A DNA stretch of 39,783 bases from Myxococcota bacterium (GTDB lineage: Bacteria > Myxococcota > JACRCW01). The notes beneath the pieces are model-generated. The model was given only the letters and a program-made list of their open reading frames with translations. It ran no database searches and was not told the DNA's origin. The stretch lies in the NCBI GenBank assembly GCA_040752415.1, contig JBFMGU010000079.1, positions 1-39,783 on the forward strand, given 5' to 3'. The stretch's first letter is position 1; each line of letters begins with the position of its first letter. The translations under genes and the position numbers were made by a program. Positions 34,954-39,783 of this stretch are shown here, one piece after another.

Positions 34954-35886
34954 TCAGAAATCGTCATCCAGCTTCACGTCGCTCAGCTCCTTGGCAAGCA
35001 TCCGCTGGAACCACACCGGGCCGACCCAGGTGTAGGCCACCATGGCGTACCAACAGAACGACGCCAGCTCCTGGCCCCTGGGCATCTCCCACTGCCCCAA
35101 CGCGATGTCGAGGAAGCGGTACACCACGAACGCTCCCAGAACGACGAGCATCTGCCGCGCGTCACCCAGCGTGTTCGTCCAGGTGGAATAGCGCCACCAC
35201 AAGCCCAGCAAGGGGTTCTCGCGCGCCTTGAGGGAGGCCAGCAGGTGCAGCGCGCCCACGTCGGAGGGATTCTGCCTCAGCGCCCAGATGACGTGCTCGC
35301 GCGCATTCTCCAAATCACCACGACGGAGCAGCACGTGCCCCATGGCAACCAGCGCGTCCTGGTGGTCGGGCCGGCGGGACAACGCGTCCTGCGCGTATTG
35401 CTCCGCGGCGCTGACATCTCCGCGGTCCAGCGCCTCGTCCGCCAACGCCGCCAAGGTGTCCTCGTCCTCGGGGTCCAACGTCAGCGCGTGCTCCAGGGCG
35501 CTCCGTCGTCCCGCGGGATCCCGTCGGAGCGCGCAGAGTTGCGCCTGCAGGCGATGATGGACGGCCTCCTGCGGCTGCAATTGCAGGAGACGCTGGAGGT
35601 GCTCCGCCGCCGCATCAAGCTGCTTGTGCGCCATCTCCACGCGCGCGGCCGCGGAGAGCGCGGAAGGATGATTCGGCTCCAGCTGCAGCGCCACCCGGGC
35701 TTCATGCCGCGCCGCGTGCAGGCGTTTCTGCGCCAGCAGCATGTCCGCCAGCATGGCGTGCGCTCCGGCGTGGTCGGGATCCTCGCTCAGCGCCTGCTTC
35801 AGCGTCCGCACCGCGCCGTGGAAATCCCCGTGCGCCGCCTGCATGGCAGCACGGGACATCAGGATCTCGACGCCGAGCCCGTCCAT
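34954..35886 (-). CDS. TPR protein with C-terminal membrane segments, 310 aa
   Basis: About six TPRs (ALSEDPDHAGAHAMLA, ALQLEPNH, ALTLDPED, ALSRRPDH, ALRQNPSD), then two hydrophobic helices and an acidic tail ELSDVKLDDDF. Confidence 0.88.
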   Translation of the reverse strand: MDGLGVEILMSRAAMQAAHGDFHGAVRTLKQALSEDPDHAGAHAMLADMLLAQKRLHAARHEARVALQLEPNHPSALSAAARVEMAHKQLDAAAEHLQRLLQLQPQEAVHHRLQAQLCALRRDPAGRRSALEHALTLDPEDEDTLAALADEALDRGDVSAAEQYAQDALSRRPDHQDALVAMGHVLLRRGDLENAREHVIWALRQNPSDVGALHLLASLKARENPLLGLWWRYSTWTNTLGDARQMLVVLGAFVVYRFLDIALGQWEMPRGQELASFCWYAMVAYTWVGPVWFQRMLAKELSDVKLDDDF

Positions 35887-36363
35887 TCAGCCCACCAACA
35901 CCAGCCAGATCACGGAATCCACCAGGCCCAGCACCTTGGGACGCAGCAGCGCGCCCACCAGCACCAGCGGCAGCGCGTTGCGCACCGGCGCGCCAAAGTA
36001 CTGGTGCAGCGCATAGCCCTGCTGCTGCAGCTGGAAGACGCGGTAGGCCAGCCCCAGCTTCGTGGTGATGATGACCACCATGCAGTAGGGCACGGCCCAC
36101 GACGGGAGCAGCTCCGCGCGTCGCGCCACGACGAGAAGGAACAGCAACGTCAGGCTCGCCACCGGCGCCGCCACCACCCACAACGCCTCTCGCACGCGGG
36201 ATGAGCTTCCCATCGCAAACGCGTTGAAGATGAACCACGGCGCGGACAACCACAGCCCCGCCACCATGGAGGCCAACAGGACCCACATGGGGTTGCAGAC
36301 ATGGGCGGCCAGGCCGGTGGGGCGGGGCTCGTCGACGATCCGGTAGCCGGACAGCGCGCTCAT
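35887..36363 (-). CDS. Uncharacterised membrane protein, 158 aa
   Basis: YRIVDEPRP N-terminus, NPMWVLLASM, WFIFNAFAMGS, 4-5 hydrophobic helices; abuts both neighbours with zero gap. Confidence 0.82.
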   Translation of the reverse strand: MSALSGYRIVDEPRPTGLAAHVCNPMWVLLASMVAGLWLSAPWFIFNAFAMGSSSRVREALWVVAAPVASLTLLFLLVVARRAELLPSWAVPYCMVVIITTKLGLAYRVFQLQQQGYALHQYFGAPVRNALPLVLVGALLRPKVLGLVDSVIWLVLVG

Positions 36364-37704
36364 TCACGCCTTCCCGTGCGCCTGCAGGAACGCCAGCACG
36401 TCGTCATACTGGCCTCCTTCATTGGCGTAGCGCGCGTAGTTGCGCGCGGTGGTCAACCACTCCAGCGCGGTGGGCTTCACCTCCTGCAGCGCGCTGCGCA
36501 GGTCGGCGTCGGAGATGGGGGACTCCGCTTCCGCGGCCAGGGAGCGCTCGATGGCGGCGTCGGAGGCGGTCTCCACCAGGCTGGCCAGGTCCGCGCCGGT
36601 GAACGCGCCGGTGGCCTTGATCACCGCGGCCAGGTCCAGCCCAGGTTGGGTGGGACGCTCGCGCAGGTGCAGGCGCAGGATCTCCTCACGCGCGCGCGCA
36701 TCCGGCGGCGGCACGAACACCACGCGGTCAAACCGTCCCGGTCGACGGAAGGCGGGGTCCACCGCCCAGGGCACGTTGGTGGCGCCCAGGATGAGCACGC
36801 CGCCATTGGACTGGGCGAACCCGTCCATCTCGGAGAGGAACTGGCTGACCACCCGCGCGGAAGCGCCCTCCCGGCTGTATTGCCGGCGCGCGGCCAACGC
36901 CTCCAGCTCGTCGAAGAACATCACGCAGGGCGCGCTCTGCCGGGCCTTCTCGAACAACGCGTGCAGCTTGCGCTCCGACTCGCCGATGTACATGTCCAGC
37001 ACGTCGGAGATGTTCACGTTGAAGAACGTGGCCTTGCATTCCCCGGCGGTGGCCCGCGCCAGCAGCGTCTTGCCGCAGCCCGGCGGGCCATAGAGCAGGA
37101 TCCCGCCGCCGGCCTTCTTCTTGAAACGCTCGAACAGGCTCGGCTTCTGGAACGGGAGGATGATGCGTTTGCGGATCTGCTCCTTGATGCCTTCCAGGCC
37201 GCCCACGTCCTTGAACGTGATGGGCGGGAGCGGCGGAGCCAGGACGCGGGCCACGTCGTCGCGCGCGGTGTCGTCGTTGGCAATGACGCGCATCCGCATC
37301 CCGCGCGCGGACTGGATGTCATGCACCTGCGCGAACAGCAGCGCCTTGAGGTCCAGGTTCTCCAGCGTGGGGTTCTTCTCCACCGCGGCCTGGTACGCGT
37401 CCTGCGCGGCCTTGCGCTCCCCCTGCGCCAACAGGACGCGGGCGCGCATCATCAGCGTGGCGGGAGAGTCACCCTGGCAATAGGTGGCGGCACGGGCATG
37501 GTCCTCGGCGCGCAAGAGAAGGTCCGCCGCCAGCAGCCGCGTTTCTTCGTCGAGCTGTTCCGCGGGGAAGCCGCCCAGGATCCGGCGCGCCTCGTCGAGC
37601 TCACCGCGGGCCACGTGCGCCTTCGCCACCACGGTGGCCAGGGGCGCGTTCCCGGGTGAGGCGGCCAGCGCGGCCTGCAGGTTCTTCAGGGTCACATCAT
37701 CCAT
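36364..37704 (-). CDS. Classic-clade AAA+ ATPase (single AAA module) with N-terminal TPR-like helices, 446 aa
   Basis: TFKDVGGL, Walker A GPPGCGKT, pore loop DMYIGESE, Walker B FFDELE, SRH GATNVPWAVDPAFRRPGRFD, FTGADL. Confidence 0.93.
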   Translation of the reverse strand: MDDVTLKNLQAALAASPGNAPLATVVAKAHVARGELDEARRILGGFPAEQLDEETRLLAADLLLRAEDHARAATYCQGDSPATLMMRARVLLAQGERKAAQDAYQAAVEKNPTLENLDLKALLFAQVHDIQSARGMRMRVIANDDTARDDVARVLAPPLPPITFKDVGGLEGIKEQIRKRIILPFQKPSLFERFKKKAGGGILLYGPPGCGKTLLARATAGECKATFFNVNISDVLDMYIGESERKLHALFEKARQSAPCVMFFDELEALAARRQYSREGASARVVSQFLSEMDGFAQSNGGVLILGATNVPWAVDPAFRRPGRFDRVVFVPPPDARAREEILRLHLRERPTQPGLDLAAVIKATGAFTGADLASLVETASDAAIERSLAAEAESPISDADLRSALQEVKPTALEWLTTARNYARYANEGGQYDDVLAFLQAHGKA

Positions 37705-37726
37705 GCGCTTCCACAGCCTCGCGGGT

Positions 37727-39307
37727 TCACCGCCATGAGGGCCAGGTCCACAGGCCCGGTGGCACTTTCACGTCACGCACCGCCAAGGTGTCAAGCTCCA
37801 CCACGACGAGACGGGGCGCCTCTCCCGCCTCGGCGGTGCGCAGCAAGACCAGGCGGGTGCCGTCCGGGGAAAGCGACGGGAACGCATGCCTGCGCAGGCC
37901 ATCTCCCAGCTTGCGGACATTGCTCCCGTCGAGGTTGGCCTGCTTCCACTCGCCATCCTCGTCGAAGATGAAGCCGCGCTGGGCGTCCAGGACCACGGGC
38001 GTGTCGCCGTGCACCAGCGGAGTCATGACGCCGTCCTCGGTGATGCGGCAGATCCGGTCGTCGCGTGCGGGGCCGCCCCGGCAGGTCACCAGGACACCAT
38101 TCCCGTCGGGAAGCCACTGGGGCCAAGCCAGGTCCGCCACCGGGCCCAGCAGCGTGGCTTCATCCGTTGCCAGGTCGATTACCGCCACCTGGCTCTCCCG
38201 CACCCGCTCGTCTCGTCCCGGCTTGTAGAGCACCGCCAGCTTGCGCCCATCCGGAGAGAGCACCGGCGCGAGGAACGTGGAAGGGGGCAGGGAGCTGGCC
38301 ACGGCGCGGGACTCTCCGGTGACGAGGTCATTCTCCACCAACGTGAACAGGCCGCCCCGCTCCACCAGCTGCGCCGGCACGTAGATCTTCCGCCGATCCA
38401 GCCCGAAGCACCCGGGCAGGGCCTGGCCGCGAATGGCCGGACGTCGCACCTCGCCGGTCTGGAGGTTGAGGAGCCGCAGGTCACCGTCGTTGTGTCGCGT
38501 GGAGGGCGTCCAGCCGGGATTGGCGTGCACCATGACCACGTCGGGGGAAGACCAGCTGCCCGCTTCGTCCGAGGGTGGCGGCAGGTTGGTGGGCTTCTCC
38601 GGAGCACGGTCCCAGGCAATGTCCCTGATGGTGGGCCAGAGCCGGGCGTGCCCGTGCAGCGCAAGCCCGGTGGGAAGGTGCACGAAACGCACGGCGCCAC
38701 GCCGCACCTCGTGCATGTCCTCCGCCATCCGCCACGAAGCCAGGAAGCGGCCCTGCAGCACCAGCGCGTCAACCTCATCCAGCGTCTGCCAGAAACTGGG
38801 CACCCACTGTTCCTCCGCCCGCCCACGGAACATGGCCATCTCACCCCGGGTCTCGACGTGGGAATACCCGTCCAGGGCGCTGGCCGCGGTCAGCGGGGTC
38901 ACCTCCGCGCGGGCGAGCCACGTGTAGAAGCTGGTCAGCGAGGCGTGGGCCTCCCAGGGGCGATAACGGCGCCGACCCGTCTCGAGGTCATCCAGCTCCC
39001 AGAAGCCGGCCCGCTCCACCACGGTGCCAAAGCGGACCGGCTCTCCCCGCACGGTGGCGCCCACCTCCCACCTGCGCCACGTGGGCGCGAGGGTGGTGTG
39101 GATCCCAATCTCCGTGCCCGGCTTGGTGGCGTAACTGACCCGGTAGGAGAGCGCGTGGTGCTGCAGGCGCTCCGCGGTGTCACGTCCACGCGCGGCCACG
39201 TCGTCGAGAACGGGAGGCGTTTGCGCCCCGGCATCGGACGGCGGCGGGCACTCGCACGCACTGGCCAGCAGGAGCACCGCAACCTGCAATGCATCACGCC
39301 GTTTCAT
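37727..39307 (-). CDS. Lipoprotein with C-terminal TolB-like (PD40) beta-propeller, 526 aa
   Basis: MKRR...LLLASACEC lipobox; repeats PVLSPDGRKLAV, PQWLPDGNGVLV, PSLSPDGTRLVL, terminal WPSWR. Confidence 0.75.
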   Translation of the reverse strand: MKRRDALQVAVLLLASACECPPPSDAGAQTPPVLDDVAARGRDTAERLQHHALSYRVSYATKPGTEIGIHTTLAPTWRRWEVGATVRGEPVRFGTVVERAGFWELDDLETGRRRYRPWEAHASLTSFYTWLARAEVTPLTAASALDGYSHVETRGEMAMFRGRAEEQWVPSFWQTLDEVDALVLQGRFLASWRMAEDMHEVRRGAVRFVHLPTGLALHGHARLWPTIRDIAWDRAPEKPTNLPPPSDEAGSWSSPDVVMVHANPGWTPSTRHNDGDLRLLNLQTGEVRRPAIRGQALPGCFGLDRRKIYVPAQLVERGGLFTLVENDLVTGESRAVASSLPPSTFLAPVLSPDGRKLAVLYKPGRDERVRESQVAVIDLATDEATLLGPVADLAWPQWLPDGNGVLVTCRGGPARDDRICRITEDGVMTPLVHGDTPVVLDAQRGFIFDEDGEWKQANLDGSNVRKLGDGLRRHAFPSLSPDGTRLVLLRTAEAGEAPRLVVVELDTLAVRDVKVPPGLWTWPSWR

Positions 39308-39657
39308 CCCGCCGCACGCTACACGAAGTCCGGGCGCAGCGTCGCGCCGGAGCCCCGCCGCGATTCCTCGGATGCGCCGCGTCCCCTGCAGGCGCGCCCG
39401 CCCGAAACTTCGCATCGGATAACGCGTTTAGAGAGAAACGCTTCACGGACGCGGTGCCAGGGCGATGTCTCCCGCGCGAGCGAAGCCAAGCCGGCATGGA
39501 CGCGGTAAGACGCCGGGCCGGAGCAGTCGAGCCTCTCTGAGTTCCATGCAGAAGCGTGGGGAAAGACGTGCGGGGACGTGCTGCGCAGTGACCGTTTCGT
39601 CGGTCCATCCGCTGAATCTCCTTGACCGTCGCACACGTGGCGACGAACCCTCCATTC

Positions 39658-39783
39658 ATGAGCCATGTGCCGTTCCACATCGTCCTCGCTGTGATGCTCC
39701 TCGAAGCGGCTGTGCTCATCTGGGTCCTTGATGCGCGGCGCTCCCTCCTCACCATCCTGACGCTCCGCTGGCAACTCGCCATC
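39658..39783 (+). CDS. 5' fragment of an ORF running off the window, possibly an integrase-core transposase
   Basis: MSHVPFHIVLAVMLLEAAVLIWVLDARRSLLTILTLRWQLAI...; the hydrophobic start plus L-x-LR-x-QLA resembles the EILALRHQLAVL N-terminus of a common integrase-core transposase group. Only 42 codons are visible. Confidence 0.35.
   Translation, partial: MSHVPFHIVLAVMLLEAAVLIWVLDARRSLLTILTLRWQLAI

Noticed and set aside
31914..34967. 1017-aa minus-strand ORF and other long antisense ORFs (e.g. 8033-10315, 19383-21623, 21509-23689, 30355-32265)
   Set aside because: Shadow frames of GC-rich genes: Arg/His/Gly-rich, no motifs, and fully overlapping well-supported genes on the other strand.

Overview
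GC-rich bacterial DNA, most likely Myxococcota (two MYXO-CTERM-type sorting tails, several Cys- and Ser/Gly-rich lipoproteins). About 35 tightly packed genes; I saw no rRNA, tRNA or CRISPR array. In order: a partial membrane-protein gene and a SAM methyltransferase; a translationally coupled five-gene operon (two V4R-fold proteins, a small Cys protein, a cysteine-desulfurase-like PLP enzyme, a STAS-like protein); a vapBC module with a visible operator/promoter; a surface glycoside hydrolase; two ABC-F ATPases; a YfhO-like membrane glycosyltransferase; an SRPBCC protein; a TPR + purple acid phosphatase pair; a porin-YfiR-chemoreceptor cassette; a beta-solenoid lipoprotein behind a sigma54-like promoter; a divergent kynurenine-3-monooxygenase-like enzyme coupled to a hybrid PAS histidine kinase broken by one extra base; a CBS protein; XPB helicase with a helicase-associated partner; a TPR-AAA+ ATPase / membrane protein / membrane TPR operon; and a possible transposase 5' end at the right edge. 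Best candidate for an undescribed system: the V4R-pair/cysteine-desulfurase operon (1347-4225). Next are the AAA+ membrane operon (34954-37704) and the YfiR-MCP cassette (19287-23302). All family calls come from reading motifs by eye; no database searches were run.
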